Shown here piece after piece: positions 45,784 through 55,191 of a stretch of 64,000 nucleotides of DNA. The notes under the pieces were generated by a model. It was given only the letters and a program-made list of their open reading frames with translations, searched no databases and was not told the DNA's origin. Each line of letters begins with the position of its first letter. Position 1 is the stretch's first letter. Source of the DNA: Patescibacteria group bacterium (lineage in GTDB: Bacteria; Patescibacteriota; Minisyncoccia; Phycocordibacterales; UBA1550); NCBI GenBank assembly GCA_038057125.1, contig JBBUDU010000001.1, positions 997-64,996 of the forward strand, written 5' to 3'. The position numbers and the translations under genes are program-made.

Positions 45784-48017
45784 TCAACCGAATTGCCGGA
45801 TTTTTCAAGAACTTCCCTTGGCTTTGCGCCGTCTCCAGCACCGATGACATTGCGTTCCTCGAGCATATCCATGAGACGCGCGGCGCGCGCGTAGCCCACC
45901 TTGAGGCGCCTCTGAAGGTACGAAGTCGACGCTTTCCCAGCCTCAATAACAATCATTCGCGCATCTTCGTACAAATCATCATCATCGCTCTTTCCGCCTT
46001 CGTCAAACGAAGAGCTAAATAGTGAGTCCCGCTCGGTGCTAATGCTCCCGCTTGATAGATTGATTTCGTCCGGAATTCTGTCTGAAGTTAAATTTGCGAG
46101 GTATTTCACTACAGCCTTCACTTCGGTTTCGGACATAAACGCCGACTGAATGCGTGTTGGCTTGGACATCTCTCCCGATATATAGAGCATATCACCAGCA
46201 CCAAGCAGTTTCTCTGCGCCGGAAGCATCCAAAATAGTGCGCGAGTCTATTTGTGAAGAAACCTGAAGCGCGACACGAGCGGGAATGTTTGCTTTGATGA
46301 GACCGGTAATGACATTTACCGACGGACGCTGAGTCGATAGGATAAGATGAATACCCACCGCGCGGCTCATTTGCGCAAGGCGTACGATCGCGCTTTCAAG
46401 CTCGCGTGGGTATGCTTGCATAATGTCAGCGAGCTCGTCGATGATAATGACAATATATGGTAGTCGCTCTGGCATTTCTGCATCCGTTTTTGCCCCAACT
46501 TTTGTTTTCTTTAGTGCCGGCTCGAGGATATTTTTATGGTATGAAGAAATATCACGCACTGATTCGGACTCCAATATATTGTATCGTCGGTCCATTTCTT
46601 TTGCCGCCCACTTTAGGGAGAGAATAGCTTTTTTAGAATCTGTAATGACTGGTGTTAAAAGGTGTGGGATTTTGTTGTAGAGGGTTAGCTCGACACGTTT
46701 TGGGTCAATCATAATGAAGCGCAAATTTTCTGGGGCGTTTCTATAAAGGAGCGAGTTCACAATGGCGTGAATGGTAACCGATTTTCCCGAGCCGGTCGCG
46801 CCGGCGATGAGCACGTGCGGCATTTTTGCGAGGTCTGCAAAGTAGAGTTTGCCGGACACTCCGCGCCCAAGTCCTAGGAGGAGATGCTTTGATGAATTTT
46901 GGAATTCTTCCGAACTAAAGAGCGTCTTTAGTCCGACTACAGTTTTTGTGGAGTTGGGCACCTCGATGCCGACGAGCGATTGTCCGGGGATTGGCGCTTC
47001 GATACGGAGCGGGTGCGCGGCGAGCGCGTACGAAAGTTCATTTTGAAGACCCACAATGCGTGAAAGTTTTACTCCTTCAGCTGGCTTGAGTGCATAGCGG
47101 GTGACCGATGGTCCGATAGATACTTCGTCCATCTCGACCGTGATACCGTACTGCGAGAGCGTGCGTTTGATGATGTTCGCATTCGCTTTGATGTCACCGA
47201 CTCCGGGCTTGCCTCGGTCGCCTTCAAAAATCGAAAGCGGTGGAGGGGTGTACGCTGTGTTCATCACATGGTTGAGTGGCATTCCTTCAACTATCATGTC
47301 ATCTTTACTCTCTTTTATTTTCCCAACTGCCTTCGTAGTTTTTGGGGAATGTTCTTCCTCAACTTCTTTTTTTACTTCCTTCGGTTCTTCGGGCACCACA
47401 CCTCTTATTTGTTCGTCTGCAAGCTCAGTTTCTTCGTACTCATCATCGCCTCCTTTTTTTCTCCAAAAAAGGAGCGCGCTAAAGTTTGGACGCGCATTGA
47501 ACATTATCAGAAACGAGATAGCGAGGAATGCAATGAGGAAAAGTGTCGCGACATATGTATCAAAAAGTTTAACAAGAGGAATAGAAATAAGTTGCCCGAG
47601 GATTCCGCCGGAGGAGTCTCCAGAAAAGATATTCACCAGTCCGAGGATAGAAAAAAGAAAAAGAAACGCGCCAAGGCTTGCCGTGACCGCAATGTTTGGT
47701 CGCGACTCTCGAAAAAAAGAAACACCGAGTAGAAAGAGAAGAAGGGGGAGTGCAAAGTATCCGACACCAAGAAGATACTCAAGTCCGCCGTAGATTGATT
47801 GTCCAAGAATCCCCGCCTTACCAAGTGGTGCTACGGAAAAAAAGATACCGATCACGAAAAAAAGAATAGCAATAACACTGTGCCTTGTTTCATCTGAAAG
47901 TCCGCCGAGAAATGAGATACCGCTAAATAAAGAACTTTTTTCTTTAGAATCCTTACCTACCTTCTTGGGAGATTTCTCGTCATTCTTTCTGCGTCCGTTT
48001 CGTTCTTTCTTTGACAT
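45780..48017 (-). CDS. ftsK: DNA translocase FtsK/SpoIIIE
   Basis: N-terminal TM helices. Walker A LIAGATGSGKSV. C-terminal gamma-like wHTH (STSYLQRRLKVGYARAARLMDMLEE). Confidence 0.9.
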   Translation of the reverse strand: MSKKERNGRRKNDEKSPKKVGKDSKEKSSLFSGISFLGGLSDETRHSVIAILFFVIGIFFSVAPLGKAGILGQSIYGGLEYLLGVGYFALPLLLFLLGVSFFRESRPNIAVTASLGAFLFLFSILGLVNIFSGDSSGGILGQLISIPLVKLFDTYVATLFLIAFLAISFLIMFNARPNFSALLFWRKKGGDDEYEETELADEQIRGVVPEEPKEVKKEVEEEHSPKTTKAVGKIKESKDDMIVEGMPLNHVMNTAYTPPPLSIFEGDRGKPGVGDIKANANIIKRTLSQYGITVEMDEVSIGPSVTRYALKPAEGVKLSRIVGLQNELSYALAAHPLRIEAPIPGQSLVGIEVPNSTKTVVGLKTLFSSEEFQNSSKHLLLGLGRGVSGKLYFADLAKMPHVLIAGATGSGKSVTIHAIVNSLLYRNAPENLRFIMIDPKRVELTLYNKIPHLLTPVITDSKKAILSLKWAAKEMDRRYNILESESVRDISSYHKNILEPALKKTKVGAKTDAEMPERLPYIVIIIDELADIMQAYPRELESAIVRLAQMSRAVGIHLILSTQRPSVNVITGLIKANIPARVALQVSSQIDSRTILDASGAEKLLGAGDMLYISGEMSKPTRIQSAFMSETEVKAVVKYLANLTSDRIPDEINLSSGSISTERDSLFSSSFDEGGKSDDDDLYEDARMIVIEAGKASTSYLQRRLKVGYARAARLMDMLEERNVIGAGDGAKPREVLEKSGNSVE

Positions 48018-48089
48018 ATAATATTTATATATAGTAACAGATAATAGCTTTACTCCAAAGGGTTAATTCATAAAAGACAATTACAATCA

Positions 48090-48118
48090 TTGACTTTGTT
48101 CAGATGTCAGTTATATAA
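48090..48118 (+). promoter_or_regulatory. Sigma-70-type promoter of the 48168 gene
   Basis: TTGACT (48090-48095), 17-nt spacer, TATAAT (48113-48118). Confidence 0.55.
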
Positions 48119-48167
48119 TGGACAAACATTACGAAGTTCGCAATAAAGGACACTAAAAGGACATATA

Positions 48168-48980
48168 ATGGACTACAAAAAAGACATTAAAGACATTGGA
48201 CTCACTAGCCACAGAGCCCAGAATGGAATGGAGACTTTTGGTATTACACTATCAAAAAAGTGTGAACGCCTTGCGACAGCTGTGTACCTCGTTACCAACT
48301 TTCTCTCGGACACAGAACCACTTAAATACCGGCTCCGAACATTATCGATTGACTTTGTCCGAGACGCTTTTTTTGTAAAAAATAGCAGTCGACCAACCGA
48401 ACCCAATGTCCTTGAAGGACTGCGTGCAAACATACTCGAAACCCTATCTCTTTTAGAGCTAGCATTTGTAGCAGGTCTCGTATCCGAGATGAATTTCACT
48501 ATTTTGAAGAGGGAATATGCTTCGCTTCGAGATGCTGTTGAAGTTAAAAGAGTATCGCGCGAATCACATAGCGACAGTATTTTAGGTGTCAATTTCTTTG
48601 CTCCACAGTTTCGAGCGGGATCTTCTACTGAACCATCCGCAACTAACACCTTTTCTAAAGGACATTCTATCGGACAAACTCCCAACACAATGTCCGATAG
48701 TTCCTCAAGGTCTGACCTTAAGAAACTTGCGCCAAAGGTCGGACCTTTATTTGCATCCACACATCGCAATCGTGCTACCACGGACATCGCTAAAGAATCC
48801 CGTCGTAGCAACATTTTAAAACTAATAAAGGACAATCGAGAAGTTACTATAAAGGACATTGCCTCACGTTTCCCGGAGCTTTCCGAAAAAACTATTCAAC
48901 GAGAGCTTGTCATTATGTCCGATACCGGCGTCCTAAAGAAGTCAGGAGAACGACGCTGGTCCCGCTACACGATAGCGTAA
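48168..48980 (+). CDS. Putative regulator with a C-terminal DeoR-type winged HTH
   Basis: C-terminus ILKLIKDNREVTIKDIASRFPELSEKTIQRELVIMSDTGVLKKSG. The antisense ORF 48173-48859 is Ser/Arg-rich shadow sequence. Confidence 0.55.
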   Translation: MDYKKDIKDIGLTSHRAQNGMETFGITLSKKCERLATAVYLVTNFLSDTEPLKYRLRTLSIDFVRDAFFVKNSSRPTEPNVLEGLRANILETLSLLELAFVAGLVSEMNFTILKREYASLRDAVEVKRVSRESHSDSILGVNFFAPQFRAGSSTEPSATNTFSKGHSIGQTPNTMSDSSSRSDLKKLAPKVGPLFASTHRNRATTDIAKESRRSNILKLIKDNREVTIKDIASRFPELSEKTIQRELVIMSDTGVLKKSGERRWSRYTIA

Positions 48981-49112
48981 ACCTCCGTTTCCTTTTTATT
49001 TGTTGCTTTTTACGTCTTTTTCTGCTATATTTAACCCGTGTGGAGTGATGTCGGTTTTGGTGGTTTGCTCTACAGATTTCGTTGATTTCTATGAGCAAAT
49101 TACTTTTCCACG

Positions 49113-49160
49113 AGTTATCCACACATATACTTTGCAGGTTCATTCTACACCGTATATAAT
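49113..49160 (+). promoter_or_regulatory. Promoter with an upstream AGTTATCCACAC box
   Basis: TTATCCACA at 49115-49123. -35 TTGCAG at 49132-49137, 17-nt spacer, TATAAT at 49155-49160. Confidence 0.6.
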
Positions 49161-49569
49161 GTATGTAAGTTCAGTGCGTAGAATATTTCTACCGCACTGG
49201 ATTTAGGTGTAACGAATAAAAGTGTTCGCACTTTTGTTTGTTATCCATTAAACAAGAAAGCTCCCGGCTTACGATAGATTGCAGCAAGGGGAGAGATCAT
49301 TGAAAACTAGGTCCGGTGCATTTAGTATTGAATCTCAACATTCGATATTCAGTTTTGAATGCACCGGGTCTTGCATAGGAAATCGCATCACACAAAACGG
49401 TGCATTTTCAGTTTTCAATGGCCTCGACCCGAGTGGTCGAAGCACTACCGCATGACCGACAAAACGACAGAGACAATTAACTTAATTAAAGTGTGTTACG
49501 AAAATCGTGAAGCCCTTCGAAGAAGGGCTTCACGAAACACACTGTGCGATTAGAAATTTACTATTAAAT

Positions 49570-52500
49570 ATGAATAAAATTATTTCATCAAAGTCTGCAA
49601 AAATTGCTGCAGGTTTGGTAGGAGTTATTGCTGGATTTGCAATGGTTGTATCAACCGCATCAGCATACACATTCTCTACAAACTTGAAGCAGGGCAGCAC
49701 CGGTGCTGATGTAAAAAACCTTCAAATGGTTTTGAACATGAGTGCTGACACACAGGTTTCAGTATCAGGCGCAGGTTCTCCAGGAAATGAGACCTCAACA
49801 TTTGGTCCTGCAACAAAGAAGGCAGTTATCAAGTTCCAGAATAAGTACGCTTCAGACACTCTTGCACCAGCTGGACTTACAGCAGGTACAGGATTCGTCG
49901 GCCCGCTTACTCGCGCAAAGTTGAACACGATGGACAGCACAACAAGCACAACAGGAATGGTTCCTGGATGTACTTCACTCGTAGGCTTTAGCCCAACGAC
50001 AGGAGCGTCATGCGCATCAGGCGTAGTGACAACCACGATCCCTACTGGATGTACTTCAACAGTTGGCTTTAGCTCAACTACCGGAGTATCATGCGCGTCA
50101 GGCGCATCGACAGTTTCATCAGGTCCTATTTCAGTAAGTCTTGCAAACACCAACCCTGCTGCAGCTGCAGTAGTGGCCGGTCAGGCAACAGCTGATCTCG
50201 CGCACTTTGCGTTCTCTGGTACAGGTACAATCACGAATGTAAAATTGATGCGTATTGGTATTTCATCAAACTCTACACTCTCAAACGTGTACCTCTACAA
50301 TGGTAGCGTTCGTGTATCAGATGGCGCTTCGGTGAACAACACAGACAGCTCGATTACCTTCAACAACTTGAGTATTGCAGTAAATGGCTCACTCACACTT
50401 TCAGTGCGTGCTGACATTGCTGCGGTTACTTCAGGTCAGATTGTAGGTGTACAGCTTACTGGCTACACAGTTTCAGGTTCTACAACCATGACATCTGCAA
50501 GCATTTCAGGAAACTTCATGAATATTGCAAGTGCTACATTGGCAGGAATAACAGCTAGTTCAACAGGAAGCGTTACAGCTACTGTAAACGCTGGTACAAT
50601 GGGTCAAACATTTTGGTCAGGTACTGTAGGTGTATCAACACGCGCAGTATCACTTAAAGGCGCAGCCTTCAAGTTCATTGGTTCAGCAACATCAGATGCT
50701 GCTACAAATCTTAAACTTTATGTTAATGGTTCCCCAGTTGGATCTACAGCCACTGTGGACCCTGTAACAAATCGTCTTAGTTTTGACTTCGGCTCAAGCC
50801 CAGTAACATTAAACACCGGCTCACAAACACTTGAGCTTCGTGGAGATGTTGTAAAGGGTTCAAATCGTACTATTCAGTTCAATCTTGAGAATGCTAGCGA
50901 TCTTATCGTTATGGATTCACAGCTTGGCGTAAATATTGCGGTTACAGCGCCTACAACATCAGGCTTTGCAGCACAGAACGGTACAACCGTATCTGTTTCA
51001 ACTGGTTCCGTTGTTACAACGATTGACCCTAGTTTCACATCTCTTACAAACGTAACTGGTGGAGCAACAGGAGCAGTTATTGGAAAATTCAAGCTTCAGG
51101 CATATGGTGAAGATGTAAAGGTTTCGACACTTGGAGTGACGGTAACCGGTGCAGGAGCAACACCTGCTTACAGTGGTGTGAACAATGTTTCGCTCTTCTA
51201 CAACGGTAGTCAGATTGGTTCAAGTCAGAATTCGGCTACATCAACTGTACTTTCGTTCACACTTGGATCATCATTGATTATCTCAGCAGGAACTACAGGT
51301 ACACTTGAAGTTCGTGCCGACATTCAGTCACCTCTAAACGTAAACTATACCGCAGGTACAGTTACGGTTGCATTGAATATTGGCTCAGCAAACGGTCAAG
51401 GACAGTCTTCATCAGCAACGATGAATGTTCCTACCGCAACAGTTACAGCTAACAGCTTGACTATTGCTACCGGCGCGCTTAGTATCGCAATGGCTCCTGG
51501 ATATTCTGGTGCTCAAACAGTGAACCCAAACACAGCTAACGTGAAATTGGGCTCATTTGTTCTTCAGAACACAAGCACTTCAGAGGGCGTTCGTATTACG
51601 AACCTCGCTGTTGGCTTGACTGCAACAACAACGAACTTGAACAACTTTAGAACTACAGAAACTTCAGGATCAGGCGCCATCGGCATCGCTCCTCAAGCAA
51701 CAAACAACTTCTCAGTTAACTTCACGCTCGCTCCAGGACAGACCAAGACGATTGACATTATGGGTGACCTTGGTGCCGCAACTTCAGGTGTAATTATTAC
51801 GACACTTCTTCCTACAGCTGTAGGCGCAAGTTCAAACGTAACAGTAACTCCTGGTTCAGCAACAACAGGTCAGACACTTACAATCCAGACTGGTTCTGTA
51901 GCTGTTCCTACACTCAACGCTGCTCCAGCATCACTTGCTGCGCAGTTCGTTGTTGGTGGAACACAGAATCTTGGAATCTCTCAGTACAACTTTGTAGCTA
52001 CAAATGGTGTAGCAACAATTTCTGAGTTGAAGTTTGCAGTTGGAGGTACAGCGTCGACATCGACAACAACTCCATTCACTACAATAACTGTAGGTGGTCA
52101 GTCAGCTCCAGTAGTTTCTGGTGTTGCTTACATCACTGGTCTTAACATCAGTGTTCCTAACAGTCCTGCAGGTGCAAACGTATCTGTTCAGGCATCGTTT
52201 GGTTCAGTTGGTACAAACGGAATTCCGTCAAATAAGACGGCTACAACGTCTCTTACCTTCATGAAGTACACAATCGGTGGTATCACAACATCAACAAGCA
52301 CGCTCGCTGTTGTTGGAAATACATACACACTTGTTGGTACAAAACCTACGGTAACTGTTCAGGATTCATCAGACGCACTTCTTAACGGCCTTGTAAAGGT
52401 TGCAGAAGTTACCGTGTCAGCTGATGCTGCCGGCGACTTGAAGCTTACTGCATTGCCAATTAGCGTGACTTCAACAGGCGTTGTTACTGCCGCAACAGGC

Positions 52501-52821
52501 ACAAACAACATTGTTGTGAAGGATACTGCTGGTAATACTATCGTTACAACGAACGCTTCGCTCGTGGTAACAGCAGGAGGAACTGGCACAGCTACTATCG
52601 CATTCACAGGTGGTGACACGATTACTGCAGGGTCTTCAAAGATCTACAGAATCTACGTAACCGCTGCAACAGTATCTGGTGCCGTAAACACAACATCTCT
52701 TTCTACCAAGCTCGGTGTATCTTCATCGTTCACTTGGACAGATCAGAATGGCGGTGAAGCAGGTATCACTGGTGCTAACATCTACAACTACCCAGACACA
52801 ACATCAGTTATCACTAACTAG
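49570..52821 (+). CDS. Large secreted cell-surface protein with an N-terminal peptidoglycan-binding domain (S-layer-like candidate)
   Basis: Signal peptide MNKIISSKSAKIAAGLVGVIAGFAMVVSTASA. PG_binding_1-like GSTGADVKNLQMVLN...ATKKAVIKFQNKY...GFVGPLTRAKL. Two Cys modules. About 900 aa of Thr/Ser/Gly/Val/Ala-rich beta-type sequence. Confidence 0.7.
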   Translation: MNKIISSKSAKIAAGLVGVIAGFAMVVSTASAYTFSTNLKQGSTGADVKNLQMVLNMSADTQVSVSGAGSPGNETSTFGPATKKAVIKFQNKYASDTLAPAGLTAGTGFVGPLTRAKLNTMDSTTSTTGMVPGCTSLVGFSPTTGASCASGVVTTTIPTGCTSTVGFSSTTGVSCASGASTVSSGPISVSLANTNPAAAAVVAGQATADLAHFAFSGTGTITNVKLMRIGISSNSTLSNVYLYNGSVRVSDGASVNNTDSSITFNNLSIAVNGSLTLSVRADIAAVTSGQIVGVQLTGYTVSGSTTMTSASISGNFMNIASATLAGITASSTGSVTATVNAGTMGQTFWSGTVGVSTRAVSLKGAAFKFIGSATSDAATNLKLYVNGSPVGSTATVDPVTNRLSFDFGSSPVTLNTGSQTLELRGDVVKGSNRTIQFNLENASDLIVMDSQLGVNIAVTAPTTSGFAAQNGTTVSVSTGSVVTTIDPSFTSLTNVTGGATGAVIGKFKLQAYGEDVKVSTLGVTVTGAGATPAYSGVNNVSLFYNGSQIGSSQNSATSTVLSFTLGSSLIISAGTTGTLEVRADIQSPLNVNYTAGTVTVALNIGSANGQGQSSSATMNVPTATVTANSLTIATGALSIAMAPGYSGAQTVNPNTANVKLGSFVLQNTSTSEGVRITNLAVGLTATTTNLNNFRTTETSGSGAIGIAPQATNNFSVNFTLAPGQTKTIDIMGDLGAATSGVIITTLLPTAVGASSNVTVTPGSATTGQTLTIQTGSVAVPTLNAAPASLAAQFVVGGTQNLGISQYNFVATNGVATISELKFAVGGTASTSTTTPFTTITVGGQSAPVVSGVAYITGLNISVPNSPAGANVSVQASFGSVGTNGIPSNKTATTSLTFMKYTIGGITTSTSTLAVVGNTYTLVGTKPTVTVQDSSDALLNGLVKVAEVTVSADAAGDLKLTALPISVTSTGVVTAATGTNNIVVKDTAGNTIVTTNASLVVTAGGTGTATIAFTGGDTITAGSSKIYRIYVTAATVSGAVNTTSLSTKLGVSSSFTWTDQNGGEAGITGANIYNYPDTTSVITN

Positions 52822-52954
52822 TGTTTGAACGGTCAGTTTAGATAGTTTCCCGAAAAGAGAGCAGTCTCAAAATAGGTTGATTTCTTGCATCGAAGAAAAA
52901 TTATTCTCGATCAGATAAACCTCAGCCGAAAGGCAAGATCGATTTCAATTCAAC

Positions 52955-52992
52955 AAAAAACCCGCGCCTCGCAAGAGGTTCGCGGGTTTTTT
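52955..52992 (+). terminator. Intrinsic terminator after the surface-protein gene
   Basis: AAAAAACCCGCGCCTC-GCAA-GAGGTTCGCGGGTTTTTT. Confidence 0.8.
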
Positions 52993-53018
52993 GCTTGCGC
53001 TTATCTCCAGAGGTCCCC

Positions 53019-53818
53019 CATAGGACTCCTCTACATACATAGGGGAGTCCTATGTAATTCTATGTGATTGCGTGCTATACTGCTAGGTAATCATGCAAAG
53101 AAAATTTTCGTTTTCAGTCGATGAATATTATCATCTCTATAATCGCGGAACGGACAAGCGTGTCATATTTATGGATGATGAGGATTACGAGCGGTTTATC
53201 AGCCTTATGTTCGTTTGTAATTCAGATCAGAGTATAATCTTTCGCGACATCCCCATAGGACTCCCCTATGTATTTGAGAGAGGTGATACTTTGGTTGATA
53301 TTGGAGCATATTGTTTAATGCCAAATCATTTCCATTTCCTAATTCGAGAAAAAATAGATGGTGGAATCACAAAGTTTATGAGTAAACTTATGACTGCGTA
53401 TTCTATGTACTTTAATAAAAAATATAAGCGCACAGGCAGCCTGTTTGAGGGGTGCTTCAAGGCAAAGCATGCCAATACTGACGAATATTTGAAGTATCTT
53501 TTTGCATATATACACTTGAATCCAGTAAAAATTATTGATCCAAAATGGAAAGAAAATGGAATTAGCAACAAAGCAGTAGCCAAAGAATACCTTGCAGAAT
53601 ATAAATATTCGAGTTATCCGGAATATTTGGGTGTTTTGCGTGAAGAGGGGAAGATCATTAATAGGGCAGCCTTCCCAGAGTACTTCGAACAGCCGCAAGA
53701 TTTTGAAGGATTTATTAAGGATTGGATTTCATTCGCTGATAGCCAGTAGCAAGCAAGTCCCCTTAGCCCCCATAGGACTCCCCTATGTGTACATAGGGGA
53801 GTCCTATGGGGGCTAAGG
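53019..53818 (+). mobile_element. RAYT-type unit: HUH/Y1 transposase gene flanked by related hairpins
   Basis: Left hairpin CATAGGACTCC (53019-53029) / GGAGTCCTATG (53044-53054). Right 58-nt palindrome at 53761-53818 has a 28-bp stem and the same CATAGGACTCC core. Confidence 0.65.
53093..53749 (+). CDS. REP-associated tyrosine transposase-like protein (IS200/Y1 HUH family)
   Basis: HUH motif YCLMPNHFHFLI. Catalytic Tyr context FAYIHLNPVK. 218 aa. Confidence 0.75.
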   Translation: MQRKFSFSVDEYYHLYNRGTDKRVIFMDDEDYERFISLMFVCNSDQSIIFRDIPIGLPYVFERGDTLVDIGAYCLMPNHFHFLIREKIDGGITKFMSKLMTAYSMYFNKKYKRTGSLFEGCFKAKHANTDEYLKYLFAYIHLNPVKIIDPKWKENGISNKAVAKEYLAEYKYSSYPEYLGVLREEGKIINRAAFPEYFEQPQDFEGFIKDWISFADSQ

Positions 53819-53903
53819 CAAGACATTAGTAAAAAGTTATCCACAGGTTGGTTTTAGAAAATTAGGGGATTGGGGTGGAGGTTGGTAGAATAGAGATAAT
53901 TTT

Positions 53904-55166
53904 ATGGCTGAAAATATGGAAAATAAAAAAGATGATAAGAGCATTTTGAGACATTTTAAAATATTTTTGAATTATTTGAAGTATGTAGTTTTGGCTTGTT
54001 TGATACTTTTTGTTGGGTTGCTAATTATTCCAGCGTTTGGGTCCAGTATGCTTATTGGGGCACTGAAGGCCGTAGCACCATTTACAATAACAGTGTTGTC
54101 AATGGCTGGCCCACATTCAGTATATGATTGGGCGATTGTGCTTAATGCTCTCATCGTGTTTGTTTGGCCATATATCGCTTTTATTGTTTGGGCTATTGTG
54201 GATAGTCGAAAATTTAAAGTACTGGGAATAAACACACATCCGTATCTTTGGGGAGTAGGGATGATCTTCCCCCTGATCCTTGTTGTTTTCCCTGTCTACA
54301 TCGTTCGCCGTAATATTACATGGGGAAAAGAGATCAACGCAAAAGAGATTGTTGGTGATATTTCATATGTAGTAAGTAAAAAAACAAGTTTTAGAAAAAA
54401 ATTAAAATGGTTAGTCGTTCTCTGTATATTCCTTGCTATTGAGGGTTATGTTTTTTATACGAATGAAGCACGCACCATAGAAATACTTAATCAAGAACAA
54501 GTAGTGAGGAATCACGCAGCAGAACTTCTCAAACTTTCCAAGAGAGAGAGGGTAAACTATAAAAATCTTCCCCCAGCGCCTGAATTAGTGCGCCCTATTG
54601 ACCTTAAGGAGGCGTTTGGTTCACTTGATGCCCAAAAGGAATTTCTCGCAGATCTTGAAAAAACTATTGCTGCAATTAATAAAGACTACAAAGATGTTGA
54701 TAACTGGATTCAGCTTGGTCTTACTCGGCATGTGTTAGGTGATAATATTGGCTCTAGCGAGGCATGGGAATACGCAAAATTACTTGACCCAGAGAATTAT
54801 CAAATACGGGAAAACCTTGGCGATTTATATCAATCTGACCTAAAAAATTATGTGAAAGCGGAAGAGAATTTCAAAAAGGTTATTATACTCAAGCCTGATT
54901 ACTCGCGTGGGTATAGTAACCTCGTACATTTGTACGCTAACTCAATGAAAGAAAAAGCAGTGCAAATTCCGGAGGTATACAAAAAGGGTATTATTGCAAA
55001 CCCTAACGATGTTGACCTAATGGTGGGCCTCGCCGACTACTACAAAGACGAGGGTAGTATTGCTGAAGCAAAAAAGGTATACCAACAAGCGCTTGTGGTA
55101 GCCACGCGAACAAAAGACAGCTGGCTTATTAAAAGTCTTGAGAGAAAACTTTTGGGGCTGAATTAA
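53904..55166 (+). CDS. Membrane protein with a four-TM N-terminal module and C-terminal TPR-like repeats
   Basis: N-terminal module shared with 55192-56286 (DSRKFKxxGxNTxPxLWGVGMxFPLILVxFPxYxxRRNITW). The C-terminus has TPR-like helices (AEENFKKVIILKPDYSRGYSNLVHLY). Confidence 0.55.
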   Translation: MAENMENKKDDKSILRHFKIFLNYLKYVVLACLILFVGLLIIPAFGSSMLIGALKAVAPFTITVLSMAGPHSVYDWAIVLNALIVFVWPYIAFIVWAIVDSRKFKVLGINTHPYLWGVGMIFPLILVVFPVYIVRRNITWGKEINAKEIVGDISYVVSKKTSFRKKLKWLVVLCIFLAIEGYVFYTNEARTIEILNQEQVVRNHAAELLKLSKRERVNYKNLPPAPELVRPIDLKEAFGSLDAQKEFLADLEKTIAAINKDYKDVDNWIQLGLTRHVLGDNIGSSEAWEYAKLLDPENYQIRENLGDLYQSDLKNYVKAEENFKKVIILKPDYSRGYSNLVHLYANSMKEKAVQIPEVYKKGIIANPNDVDLMVGLADYYKDEGSIAEAKKVYQQALVVATRTKDSWLIKSLERKLLGLN

Positions 55167-55191
55167 CAAACCTATATACAATATAAAATAT

